A stretch of 64,000 nt of DNA from Lingula anatina (taxonomy: Eukaryota > Animalia > Brachiopoda), in NCBI GenBank assembly GCA_051362555.1, contig CM120644.1, positions 814,954-878,953 on the forward strand, in the 5' to 3' direction. The translations under genes and the position numbers were made by a program. The notes below the pieces were generated by a model. That model searched no databases. It was not told the DNA's origin and saw nothing but the letters and a program-made list of their open reading frames with translations. Of this stretch, positions 50,565-63,650 are shown piece by piece (position 1 is the stretch's first letter; every line of letters starts with the position of its first letter).

Positions 50565-52154
50565 CCGGAAGTGACGTGCAGTGGTGTTAGAAACGAAGCT
50601 GAGTGGTCATTTTAACATAGAGGTGAACGGCAGTGAAGACGGGTTGTCGGAGGAAAAAGAAGTTTTCTAAACAACATGGTAAGATAACTCTCTCTTTTTA
50701 CGCATTTTGGGCAGAGAAAACTTGAAGAAATAATAAATGCATGATATGAAAACGTGACACGGAACTTGAAGGTGCAAAATCGTGCTTAATTTGCGGTCAA
50801 CTTGTTTAGAAATAAATGCTGCGTCGACCGCCAGCGCGACAAAAAGGGTAAAGGGGAAATAATTCCCGGGAGTCTATAAATCGTTGTCATGCGGAAATTT
50901 GGCATTAATATAATCCGATATGTCCATATCTAAGTATTTTTGGGTGTTTTATGGTATGGGCTGCAATTACAACGATGTAAGGGTACCGTGAGCTTGTAAG
51001 GCCGAAAACTGAGGCAAGGTTAGAGGGTGTTCTTTGTACGGCACGTAACTACGTTAGCTTATTTGTAAATTTAATAATATTGTCAATGAATATGATTATA
51101 GGGAATGATTTTTTAGCCTTTCAGAGGAGGAATTGGGTGATACACCCCTTCAAGCACGAGTGAAGAGATCAGGTATGTTAATAATTTTAGCAGTATAACA
51201 TGGGCGGATCCAGGATTTATTTGAAAGGGGGGGGGGGGGGTCCGCGGATGCAAAGCCGACCCCCCCCTAGTTGGCGTGGGGTCCTGGGCCTGCTTAAAAC
51301 TTTGGTATTTTAGAGGGTGAACAGTGCCATTTGGTACGGTTTAGCACTTTACTGTAGTAAATTAGCTAGTCAAAATTCTAATTCCAAGTGGGGAATATTA
51401 ATGTGATTTTTTTACATCAGTTCTTTGAAACCATGTGTGATTATGTTATTTCTTCTTGTGGCCTTTATGATTTAATGCAGCTGCAGATATTTAAATTTAA
51501 TTTTTTTTTTGCCATAATCAGACTTGCTTCTTTATAATAAGCTGGTTATCATGTAGTGATCATGCCCTCTAATTTGTTGATTTTTGTTAAAGAATAGTGC
51601 TGTTATGATAATATCAATACATTTTTTTCTTTATAACCATTTTATGTAATTTTACTATTACAGTGCCTCAAGTTATGTCTGGAAAACTCATACCAGGAAG
51701 CACTCCAATCTTACAATACTGCATCACTTCAATGTCGGTGTGACAAGTTGTGTAAAAGTCCGCTACAAAAAATTTGCAGCGATGACCACATGATCCACCA
51801 CCTTTTACCAAAACCGAGTGAACAGTTTTATATTATAATGCCCATGTACATGTATTTAAAGTGACAAGACTGAGATCAGCGAGAGCCTCAAGGCCTTTAT
51901 TTTCTGTGCATTGTCAACTCTTCAATAATTTTATAATTTTGTCAAATACATCCAAAGATTCAATTCTAATGCAATACTTGAAAACTTTTTTAGAATATAT
52001 TTTAATGTCGAACATGTTTTTCTAAGAACTAGCCCTTTAGTAAATTAACATGTACTATCCAACTGTTATTATTAATTAACATATTGTTATGTACAAAGCA
52101 TAAGCTGCAGTATCAATGAAGCATTAACTGGGTAGAGATTATGAATGAAATAAA
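50565..52154 (+). other. Putative spliced unit A (exons ending 50678; 51117 or 51125-51172; 51664 onward), no clear ORF
   Basis: ETS-CRE motif CCGGAAGTGACGT 50565-50577, donors ATG|GTAAGA and CAG|GTATGT, acceptor TTACAG, AATAAA 52149-52154. Confidence 0.4.
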
Positions 52155-52175
52155 AGTTTAAATATTGAAACATCT

Positions 52176-55100
52176 TTTATTTATATTTGGCAAAAATACA
52201 AGAATAAACAAAGTTTGCTACAGAAGTTTGGAATTTGGCCAAATCATCTTTATTATTACCTGTCACATGTAATGAATAAGACATACACAGATTCTGTAAG
52301 CTAGAATGCATAATTATTTTCATACTCATTAATGCCATCTTCATAAATAAGCCTTCTATTCAAGCATTCACAAACTTTCACATTGTGCAGTACACATTAT
52401 AGTATGATAACATTTTTGAGAGAGACTTATTAATAGCCAGGCTATCATGTTAAGAGTCTGATGTACATGCAGACCCATGAGGATTGCAGATCAACAAATT
52501 ATCCCCCTCTCTGTCAGTGTATTGACTCATGTGAGCTGTCTCCATGCAAAGGGATGTGTCATAAGAAAGGACCAACCCAACTTACACAAACATAAATTGT
52601 TTCATCAGTAAGATATTCACACATACTTTTCCAAGATGTGCAGGGAATAAATAGAAAGGTATAAATATTTCTTTAAAAAATACAGGCATAGCTTCCCTGC
52701 ATGAATTCTAAATAATGGCTGAGTGGAGAATTGAATACAGGCACAAGTGTTCACTCAAACCATTTTTGTAGGTCTTAAAAGAAATGACATGCAGTCATTT
52801 GCCAAATACAGAATTTTATGCTGTAACAAAGTCACAAAACTGCAACTGGTGATCTTACAAAATCTAACAACACACTGGTTTAAAATCAAGTTGAAATCAC
52901 AATATGCCACCAGTACCATATTCCATAATACATTTGATGTCATTTAGATTTAAGAAGTAAATGCTGGACCAAAATGGTTTATTCTCAATATCAGGCATAT
53001 GACTTAGGTTTGGGAGGAAAGACCACCTTGATTTCCAATCTGTCTGCATTATAGCATACATGTAAGTGCTAGATGGTTTGAAGTCAGCAGATTATGCTTT
53101 TGTCACAGTGGCAAGATGAGTTCACTGAATATATCCTGTAAGCAGCACTTGAAAGTCAGGAAAAGTCTCTCACTATCCAACTCGTCCCCGCTTTGGACCC
53201 TCAAGAAAAGTTCATCTTTTTTTGGTGGAGAGCCATGGAGTTCCTCTTCCATGTAAAAAACTCTTCTTCAGGACATCATACTGGCAGTTGCTCATAACCT
53301 TTAGGTCTAAAAAAGCAAATCAAAATAATAATAATAATAATTTATTAAGATTGCAACCCAGTGGGTTGAAGTTGTACACAGTGTTAAGAAAATTATAATG
53401 AAAATAAAGTGAATATTTGCTTGAATAAAACTGAGTTAAAAGACTGCTAATTGAACTTTTAAATTATTGTACTTAGTATAAAAGACAACATAATACTATT
53501 GGAAATGTAAAAGTGCATACGGAATAAAAGAGCATCAGAATCTGTCGGTTTTAAATTGTGGCACTTTGTTACTATTGTTTGATCTTAAAAGACGATTGGA
53601 TTGATCAATAAAGATGTGATTCAGTTTGTCAGAGGATTCAGTTATTTTGTAAAAGAAAGTTTTGCACAGATCTCTTCGTTTATCTAAAGTACACATATGC
53701 CAGGTTCAGGGTTTCATCATAGTATAGGTCAGGGAAAATAATCTTCAAAGCACGAGTTTGGTCAGTCTCTTAGAGTTTGCATTACTCTATAGTTAGTTCT
53801 GGATGCCACACAGGGCAGGCATATTCTAGAATTGAGTGCACAATACTTTGGTAAAGCTTAGCTCGTTTCAGTTGACGGAGGAAATAGTCTTGCATTATGT
53901 TTACATTATGTGTCGCCAATTTGGAAAAAAAAATTGATAAAAGAGAAATCATGCACCTATATGCCTAATATATGAGGAGTGAATATCAGCTTATTAAAAT
54001 TCTGCTTACTCTAAAGACATGTTTTAGTCCCATGTTGGATCATCAGAATCCTTTAATTCCCTCTTCTGCAGCATCTTCCTCCTCTTCCATCTGCACTTCT
54101 TCCAGTTCAGGCATACCATAGGAAAAAGTTACCTTGATACTGCAACCAAAAAAAAAAAAAAAAAAGGCAACAGTACATAAAATAAGATAATCGAGTTTGA
54201 GAAAAATTATGTAAAAACATAACTGAAATAAGTATAAAACTCAACTGAAATAAGTATAAATGCCATTTTTCTCAATATGATCACCTTAAATTATCTAGAC
54301 TGTCATCTTCAACTGCACTAGTATTAACTACAACTTAATTTTGAAGTTTCTTGATCACTTCATATTAGTTTTATCTCCGAAATACTGGTTGGAAGTTAAA
54401 ATTGTATGATCTAAATTATTACTCTGGACTATTTAATACATTAGAGAGATGTACCAAACATAAACATGCAATATCCCCTTTCTGATTTATTTATTTTTAA
54501 TGTAAAAAGGAGACAAATTGTCTTTAAAATATAAAATCAAAATACTACTATTTATTTTCACTTATAGTTGACATGCCATTTAACATTGGGTTAAACTTAG
54601 ATACAATAACAGCTTCTGCACATTCATTTTGGGATTTAGATGCCTAAAGAAATAGCATCTTTGTCATATGTCTTAATTACTGTGGTATGCCTAGATGTTA
54701 GAGGCACAAAAAATGTGCCCTCGGTAAGTCAAAAATTCGCCCTGGTCATTGTAATGTATATGTAATGAGACTAGTATCTCCCACCATGTCCGTTTTTATT
54801 TAAACTTTCTTTGCTCTATAAACTAACCCAAACTCTGTCAGAGTCGACATATGAGCAACACTTGCAATTTCTGTCATCGATACCACTCATATTAGTTACA
54901 GACGAGCCTGACAATCGTTAAGATATACAACGAACACACGTAAATAAACATAAATCTTTGTGCTTAATAAATATTTTCAATGGTGTCTTATCTCAAAGAT
55001 TATTGTAAATGGTACTCACAAATCCAGTAAATACTTCGCGGCCAGGCCATTCTTCGTATCCATGGCCACCCAAGCAGGTTTTCATCTGCCTTAATTCTTC

Positions 55101-55320
55101 CTCGCCGGTGTTTATTGTTTGCCTGTCGTACATTTGCTGATACACTGTTTTACGCATGTTTTTTGTAAAGGCTGTTTCTTTTTTCTTTTTGTTATCTGTC
55201 TTCGCTTCTTCGAAGGACTCCTAGCATAACTGAGCCTCCTGTTTCACGTTGTCCTTTCCCGGCAGCTTGAACTGGTTTTAACTAGGTCGAAATACGAGAA
55301 TCTCGCGAGATCCGGAAGTC
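52176..55320 (-). pseudogene. Putative spliced unit B (exons about 55290-55020, 54139-54010, 53306 onward), apparently a decayed small gene
   Basis: TCTCGCGAGA 55301-55310 and CCGGAAGT 55312-55319, donors GTGAGT and GTAAGC, T-rich acceptors. Broken frames read YDRQTINTGE...LAAKYLLD and an acidic EEEEDAAEE..DSDDPTW stretch. Confidence 0.4.
53323..53920 (-). mobile_element. 3' fragment of a CR1/L2-group LINE
   Basis: The - strand reads YFLRQLKRA..YQSIVHSILEYACPVWHPEL. AATAAA and (TTA)n tail at about 53323-53346. Confidence 0.75.
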
Positions 55321-58096
55321 TAGAGAGCTCAATTATGAAAATGGAGGTGGTTGTTGGTAAACCTCCGCTTAAGCGGAGGTTTTCTTTTTATTGTATTTTC
55401 CAAAAATGTTACAGAGCGATGGCGAGTGCTGGGAATGATAGATTAAATGTTGGTAAATCTCGGAAAAGTAGTGTTAACCTCGGGATAAATCAGGATAAAT
55501 CAATTTTGGCGCGAAAATCCTCTTTTGTGTCCTTTTAACCTAGTAAAGTAATTTAACTCAACTGTTTCAGCTGAACAATGCACGAAGCCATCCAGCCCTG
55601 AATCTTGAAATCAAAAGGTTAAAAAAAAAAACAGCTGAAATTCTTTCATATTGTGACCTGGATGTAGTAAGAAAATGAATAACTTATTTTGTAACATGGT
55701 TTTGACATTCACAAAGATAAATGTTTCCAATTCATCTATTTCTACACTACCTGCCTGAAAGTGGTTGAAGTATATACAATCTTGACATATCTCCAACATT
55801 TAAGGAGACTAAGGAATAAGGCACCTATAGTGAAATATAATGATTTCTTCTTTGAATAACAGTAATAATGGAAAAGGAGTTATTACTTTAAGGTAGGAAT
55901 TTTAGGCCCATCAAATGTGTAAATATGCAGGAAACTATATGCTTATTGGTACTTGCATTTTGCAACAAAATTTCTAATTTTGGAACTGAAAAAATATCTC
56001 CAGGTTTAACTGGCCACATGACAAAAGCACAAAATTGTACATGTCAAGAGATACATACACAAATACAGAGCATGGGACCCTATAATATGTGACAAGCAGG
56101 TCTAGAATCTGATAACACTGATTGACAGATGTGGAGATTAGCACTCAATTAAAGGTATCTTGTGCTTAATTAACCTAGTAAAGTAATTTAACTCAACTGT
56201 TTCAGCTGAACAATGCATGAAGCCATCTAGCCCTGAATCTTGAAATAAAAAGGTTTAAAACAGACAGCTGTAGTTTTCCAACTTTCCCCTAAATAGAAGA
56301 AACATACATACAGCACATTTCATAGTGCTAATTTTCAATTGCGCATAAACTAACTTTTCCAAGATTATAAAATTTGAAATGATCACAACTGTTTATTTGA
56401 AATTAATATATCATAATGAAAACATAGTTAATATATCTTAAAAATACTATGCATTCTATTTCACCACCAAAACAGGCTTTTCTCATGCTGACCAATTGTT
56501 TATGAATCCGCTCCAACATTCACAGTTAGTCCAGGATTTTTCTCCAAAATCTGATTAACTGTAATAACCACTTATGTAATAATATTAATCTCAAACTAAC
56601 AGTATTAATCCCTTTCAATGATAAAAAAATTAAACTTTTTTTAAAAAAGATGTACTGCACTAACTTTGAATGTCATAATAGATATATAAACTGATGGTAG
56701 GTATAAAAAAAAAACATCTTTTGCCCCCCAAAAATTCCCTTTTGGACAGAATGAACAGTTTTTCACCCTTTATAAAAACTTGCAAACACTTACCATTTAC
56801 ATTTGTTCAGGTTATCCACAATAAGATTGTCCAGTCGGAAGCCTCCACCTTCCATATCAGTCCTTTTAACAGGCATAACTACAAAAAAACAAAGATAACT
56901 AAACTGATGTATTTCACTTTCATTTATAAACACATGTGACTCAATAACCAAAAGTATGGAAATTACAGCATTTGTTGTGACAGATTTATATTGTCTTATG
57001 ATTAAATTTTGGTTGAATTTTATTTCAGACTTTGGTCAGAATAATATCTAATTTTTTTTACTGCAAACAAGGTCTGGAGAATCAAAATGAATGTATACAA
57101 AAAAAAAAAAAAAAAAAAAAACACCAAAATGAATTGTATTTATTGGGATCTACAAATGGATACAAGGCACACTGCACACACATCTTGCCTCAGGATTTCT
57201 GTTGTATTAAATGTTGGAAAGAATTAACTGTACTGCAGTATAAGGTTGTAATAGAAAACGTAAGCACGATACAATAAATGAGAACATGAAGTGATACAAC
57301 CAATAAAAATCCAAGATTCGGCTTTCCATGAGTGAATATCTTCTTGAGCACATCTCATTCCTGAATTAAAATAATTCTCAAATGTTAGCCAATGATATGA
57401 ACAATACAAGTAGATTCAGCAAAAGTTACAGACATGGTAATTTGCAAGAGAACATCCACTTCAGTTATTTAACTAGAAAAACATACCTTTCATCATTATA
57501 CAGTTATCAGTAGAAAAATACACTTCTAAGCCTCAAAACAACCATGTTAAAAAGCTGTCAAATGTACAGACAAAAAACAGAAAATAAAGATGCAAAAAAA
57601 GGTCATTTTGTCAATTTTGATGCAATAATAAATAATGCTTATAATAGCACTGTCAGTCAACACTGAATTTTAATCATGCACAACAGGTAACATGGTCAAT
57701 AACAGGAGCGGACCCTAAGATATTTTCTGACAGTATTCCAAAGTATCTATGTTGATCCATCCTCCATTTTGATGGTCTTCCAACAGAAAAAAATAGATAC
57801 CAGTCAATATAAACTTAATAACCTGTCGTCCAGAAGACCCAGAAGATGGTCTCAATCCACCCCTTCAATAAGATTACAGTTTCAGGACCATGAGAGACCA
57901 AAATCACATGATGAAAGTCTCAATATTTGAAAAATGATGACAGTGCATAAAATAATATTATATAATGTTTAAAGACATAAAAAACAATACAATTGCTTAT
58001 GTGGAAATACAGAAAATGTGCAGAGCCTCGAGCGGATGAGAGTTAAAAGTCAAAAATGCAAGTATTTGAGAAAAAATTGTAAAGGAAAACATAACA

Positions 58097-58328
58097 AAAC
58101 TAGAAAACCACCAAGAGTGCAGACCTCTGCCAAGGCAGCAGTTGTTGATTATTATTGATTATTGATTGATTATTGAGCCAGACCACCACTAAAAACTAAT
58201 CATTGTCCTCTTTGGCCCAATACTGAAAGTTCCTGAAAATTTCCGCAAAATCGGCCCATAACTTTTTGAGTTATGTTGATGACAAACAGGGGTGAAAATA
58301 TAACCTCCTTAGCAGAGCCTGAGGTAAA
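58097..58328. mobile_element. Short Helentron-associated (HINE) element
   Basis: AACTAGA...GCAGACCTCTGCCAAGG at one end and ATAACCTCCTTAGCAGAG..GAGGTAA (inverted repeat/hairpin) at the other. Confidence 0.55.
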
Positions 58329-58369
58329 TATTATTTCAATGAAGCTGCTATTCAAACTTTTTATTTTTG

Positions 58370-58372
<3 letters not shown>

Positions 58373-58450
<78 letters not shown>
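58373..58450. repeat. (TA)n(CA)n microsatellite
   Basis: Direct inspection. Confidence 0.95.
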
Positions 58451-58453
<3 letters not shown>

Positions 58454-58699
58454 AACATGCATAATTATCACTGCTTCCTTATTATTAATCTAGCAGAGAG
58501 CTTAACTTTTGGGAGTTTACAAGGAAATATCAACAAGTGTGCTTTATGTAATCTCCTTTAATGGCTTATCAATTAGGCATGACTTTATAACTCAGAAAGT
58601 AGCTAAGTGATACCCAAGGGATATTAACAGACTGACCCTCTCAAAGGTCTTTCAGGCCCATAAGTCACATCTTAAGAAAAGCACAAAACAATAATGCAC

Positions 58700-60070
58700 A
58701 AAATAGGAGACTAACAATTCTGATGCAATAATACATTATGTTTTACTGCACAGTCAACATCAAATTTTAATTATGCACAACAGGTAACAACGACGAAAGT
58801 AAAAGCATAAGGCTTCAGGCCTATCAGAGTTCAAGTTTATACTTATAAAGTGCCCGAATGAGAAAAATGAAAATTTCACACAAAATTGCATATATTCAAT
58901 AATAAATGATAACCCAATTGACCTGGCTTTCTAATTTGAACTGTAATTACCAAACAGACTGCATTGTCTACTGAAGCTGTATTTTAGCCCCATGTTTCTT
59001 TCCTGTAAGTTTGAAAACAGTAAGTGACATGGTTTTTCTTAAATGGTCATCATGGGAGCAGTGCCCAAAAAAGGGGTTTCTTCAAATTTTGATGCAAAAT
59101 AATATTACATAATGTTTAACAGCATAATGACCATCAATTTTAAATAATAGAATATTAGTAATCCTAAAAATCATACTTGTCAGTTAAAAATAATAATAAG
59201 TAACACAGTTTTCTTTTCATAATATTTGCAGTAGCAATGCAAAAATATTGTTGTCAATTTTGATGTAACATTACATAATAAATTATAGAATAATTATCAC
59301 CAATTTTTGATTATTGATAATAAATAGCATGGACATGTAGAAAATTTGATTACCATTTGGCTTCATGTCCATGGGAGCTCCGAGTCCCACAATGAATATG
59401 CCAAAAAGAAATGAATATTACACTAAAATGTATAACTTCCAGAAAAAGAAGCCAATTAGACTGCTTTTCCAACTTATTCTGCATTTTAGTCCTGTGTTTC
59501 TTTTTTAAAGGTTTGACAGTCATAACACGGTTTTCCCATAATGGTCATCATGGCAGCAGCACCAAAAATTGTGTTTTCTTCTATTTTGATGCAACATTAC
59601 ATAATGCTTAACAGCATAATGGCCATCAATTTTTAATAATAGAATATTAGTAACATGGACATTTAGAAAACGTGACAAGCAAAGGTCTTCAGGATCTTGG
59701 AACTTCAAAGTCACACCTTGAAAATGCCAATAAGTGAAAAATTAAATTTTCACAAAAAAAATGTTTAACTGCCAGAAAAAATTACCAAACAGACTGCATT
59801 GCCTACTGAAGCTGTATTTTAGACCCATGTTTCTTTCCTGTTAGTTTGAGAACAGTAATTGACATGATTTTTGTTAAATGGTCATCATGGAAGCAGTGCC
59901 CAAAATAGGGTTTTCTTCAAATTTTGATGCAATATTACATAATGTTTAACAGCTTAATGACCATCAATTTTTAATTATAAAGTATTTGTATCACAGATAT
60001 TCAGAAAATGTGACTAGCAAAGGTCTTCAGGCCCATGGAACTTCAAAGTCACGCCTTGAAAATGCTAAAA
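58700..60070. repeat. Degenerate tandem duplications
   Basis: ATTACCAAACAGACTGCATTG...AATTTTGATGCAA blocks at about 58946 and 59781, with a more diverged copy near 59450. Confidence 0.75.
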
Positions 60071-60073
60071 TGT

Positions 60074-61196
60074 AAACAAGACAGCACTGTTCTGAAATGG
60101 GTTTATTTCCATTTTTAACACTTTTTTAACATAAAACAAAATGAACGTTTTACTGCCATTTTAATATGACCAACTAAGAAAATTGATGAGATGGGAAAAG
60201 TATCAACAGAACAGTGTTAAATGTCCAATTTCCTCCATTCTGAGATTCTGAACATAGTGGATGATTGAATCTGACAAACTGCAATGATATGAGTTTATTT
60301 CCATTTTTGACACTTTATTACACAATACATGATAACAAGTTTACCATGTTTTTTACATAATCAACTAACAATGTTGTAAAGATGCAGGAAATATCAAACA
60401 AACACTTTTAGGCATCTTATTAGTTAAATAATGAGACTGTTAACATGCCTAATGATTGAATCTGAGGAAATGTGAAAAAAACAGTATAACTTCTACAATA
60501 ATGGCCCGATTATGCTGATTTTCGAACTCAACCTGTGTTTTAGTAACATTGACCACTCATGTGAGTATAATTACAATTGGCCAATCTGTTTTTCTTATAT
60601 TGTGTTATCGGTGCTGCATATATGCTGAAAAAAGTGAAAAAACAGCATAAATTCCCTGAAAGTGACCCGATCATGCTGATTTTCGAACTTGACCTGCGTA
60701 TTATGAATATTCATCAGTTCTGTAAGTTTCAAGTCAAAAGGTAAAATGGTTTTCCACTTATCGTGTTATCGGTGCTGCATATATGGTGAAAAAAGTGAAA
60801 AAACAGCATAAATTCCCTAAAAGTGACCCGATCATGCTGATTTTCGAACTTGACCTGCGTATTATGAATATTCATCAGTTCTGCAAGTTTCAAGTCAAAA
60901 GGTAAAATGGTTTTCCACTTATTGTGTGATCGGTGCTGCATATATGCTGAAAAAAGTGAAAAAACAGCATAAATTCCCTAAAAGTGACCCGATCATGCTG
61001 ATTTTCGAACTTGACCTGCGTATTATAAATATTCATCAGTTCTGCAAGTTTCAAGTCAAAAGGTAAAATGGTTTTCCACTTATCATGTTATCGGTAAAAG
61101 TGCACGGCGAGGGCGACGACGGCGACGGCGACGACGGCGACGACAGACGCAGATGATGGCTATATGTACAGACACATCTGTGTCTGTACATAAAAA
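60074..61196. mobile_element. Helentron-associated element (HINE/DINE-1-like) with 161-bp core tandem repeats
   Basis: Starts AAACAAGA. About 4 core repeats (period 161: 60662, 60823, 60984), then a (CGACGG)n microsatellite at about 61106-61148, then a perfect hairpin TATGTACAGACACA-TC-TGTGTCTGTACATA (61163-61192) and an A run. Confidence 0.8.
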
Positions 61197-61799
61197 TGGA
61201 AGAGACACTTGGCTGATATCTTTCTTATCAATGTAAAGATATTTATTACTTAGGTTGTTTGATAACAATTTAAAATATTGTGTTCCAGGTTGATATTTTT
61301 ACCATGATACTGCATCCATATGTGGCTTGTAATTCCAACAGAATTTTCTAAAATCTAAAAAACAATTGATCTAGTCACTGGATAGCCATTACTTACTCTT
61401 GTACACATTTGGGGTAGGTGACTGCTGCATTCTTTCTAATGAAGATTGGAATGGGGGAGCACACATGTATGCAGATGTTACTGAAAGCAACAGAAAAAAG
61501 AGACTTTCACAATATTGCTATTCCAATAGCAAGCTGTGTGGATACAGCCTTAGCTTATGGTTAGGCCATGCACTGAACCTCAAAGCACAGAGAAACAAAT
61601 ACTCACAACAATCTTTATCTAATGAAGACTTTTTGTCTAGCTTGAGAATAAGCTAATAGTGTGAAGACTATTTTAGTTTAATATGATATCATAACATTAA
61701 CAGTAGAATTATGTTTCAGAAGTTTTAGTGTGGTAAACTTTTTGCAATATCCACTAATTAGTCCATAATATTAAAAATAATTCAAAACTTCGGGCATCA

Positions 61800-63650
61800 T
61801 GAAGGCTTAAAAAATTGTAAATTATGTGACTGTCTCAGCAGCGCTATCACAGCAATCTCAGGGCAGTGGTCTCTTCAATACAGTTTTCATCTGGAAAACA
61901 CAAAAAAAATTAATTATTTTTGCATGTGTATGTGTTTGTGCTTGAGCACGTGTGTTTGTATAGTATGTAATTTTTGTGTGCCCATAACTTTATTACTTAA
62001 CATGTATTGACACAGTCTTCGGGTGAAAATATGAATGCTATTGTCTATATTAACAATGAGATGCACTAATATCGATCTTTAAACCATTATAACTTTTGAG
62101 AAATCATTGAAACACAGGATTTTTAGAAAGTTTTTCCAAGTATCATGCTTAATTTACAAGTGATAAGACTTGAAATCTTGCCCCAGACAAACATAGCATT
62201 GTATCTAATTCAGGGGACTGCTTCCTATGGATATATTAATTTTGTAAAGATGCTCTATATAGGACAGGAGGGCGTCTCGATAGTCCGAAGGTTCATTGGT
62301 CCAAAAAGTGGTAACATTTTCATCGATTTTTTTTTCAAGGGTTCATTGGTCAGAAGGTTCTATAGTGAATTTCTATATAAAATATAGTTCTATATCCTTC
62401 GGACTATTGAACCTTCGGACTATTGCTACGGCACGTAGGACAGATCAAGTGTTATTTTAGCTAATGAATTTTTATTGTTATAAATGTATAGGCATAATCA
62501 GAATGCAGTTAGTTCACAAATCAAATATGGCAATACTTGAAAGTATGCTGCACAATATCCTGACAATTAATAATGAACTAGTACTATAGTTAAAGATTCC
62601 CAGCCTCACACGTGCATTGTCCTAGCTAGCAGAAGCAGAGTAATAAAATCTGGGCATGGGACATGCTATATGTGCCTTATGTGATAGCTTATATTTAAAA
62701 CTAAATGGAGTAGGCCTATTCAGTATCTCCTTCTCAAATTTTACAGATTACATTTAACATTTGTGAAGTTTATAGAGTGCCTAACACCACTGTTGATGTC
62801 AGATTGAGTCATAGAGCACCTTAGGAAATGCTTACCAATTTACACAAGCCTGTTTCACAAAACTTACTGGTGTGCCTACAGTATGTATATCTTCTCAAGA
62901 AACTTCTTCACTGTTAGTTGCTCTCCACACATGCTGCCTTTTCACTGTTGGTCTCCTAAAACATTCTTAATTTGGAAAGTTGTTAGCCATGTCACTAATG
63001 AAAAAAACTTTGAAACAGAAAAAAGAAGGTTAGTAATCAAACAGCTACTGGAATATTATTACGGACACCAGCCTACACAGCAATGTAACCTAAATAAAGT
63101 ACCTAAAACATTATTTGGATCACTTGTTTTTATCTGAAACTCAAACTGCAATAAGAAGGTATAAATCAGTACCTATTATGGTCTGTCACTTTATCATAAA
63201 CTTACAATGAAAAGCTTCTTGAATCTTTCTTACTACGTGGGTCGTACAAAACAGGCGTCGACACTATCAATACACAAAATCCCTAAAATATCACTTTTGC
63301 ATATATCCATTTCACTTGATATGCACACCAAGTCAAGAAAGTGATCTTTCATCACCTATGGAAAGTGATCTTTCATCACCTGTCAATACACCCTAAAAAA
63401 TATCAAATTCAGAGTTTGGAAAAATAATTCATCAAATCAAAGGCGACCAGACTCAAACAATTTACAAAGTCGCTGAATTATCAAATATAAATAAACGTTT
63501 CAACAAATATATATATTTTAAAAATCAGAAAGTGATCTGTACTCACCTTGGGTTACATTTCGTTGGTCATTGTACCCCCAAATATCTTAAATTCGGAGTT
63601 TGAAAAAAATGTTTTACAAATCGGACGTATTTTCGCAGCCGGAAGTTTCG
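61800..63650 (-). other. Putative spliced unit C (exons ending 63547; 62955-62836; 61890 onward), no clear ORF
   Basis: CCGGAAGT 63639-63646, donors AAG|GTGAGT and TTG|GTAAGC, acceptors TTTTAG and TTCCAG. Confidence 0.3.
62272..62435. mobile_element. Small foldback-type MITE remnant
   Basis: TAGTCCGAAGGTTCA repeats on the left and inverted TGAACCTTCGGACTA on the right. Confidence 0.55.

Noticed and set aside
50676-51803. Selenoprotein reading of unit A (in-frame TGA at 51138-51140)
   Set aside because: No redox motif, no recognisable homology and no SECIS element that I could identify.
60470-61150. 161-bp repeats as an independent satellite, and the Arg-rich ORF 61083-61268
   Set aside because: Explained as the core repeats and microsatellite of a Helentron-associated element.
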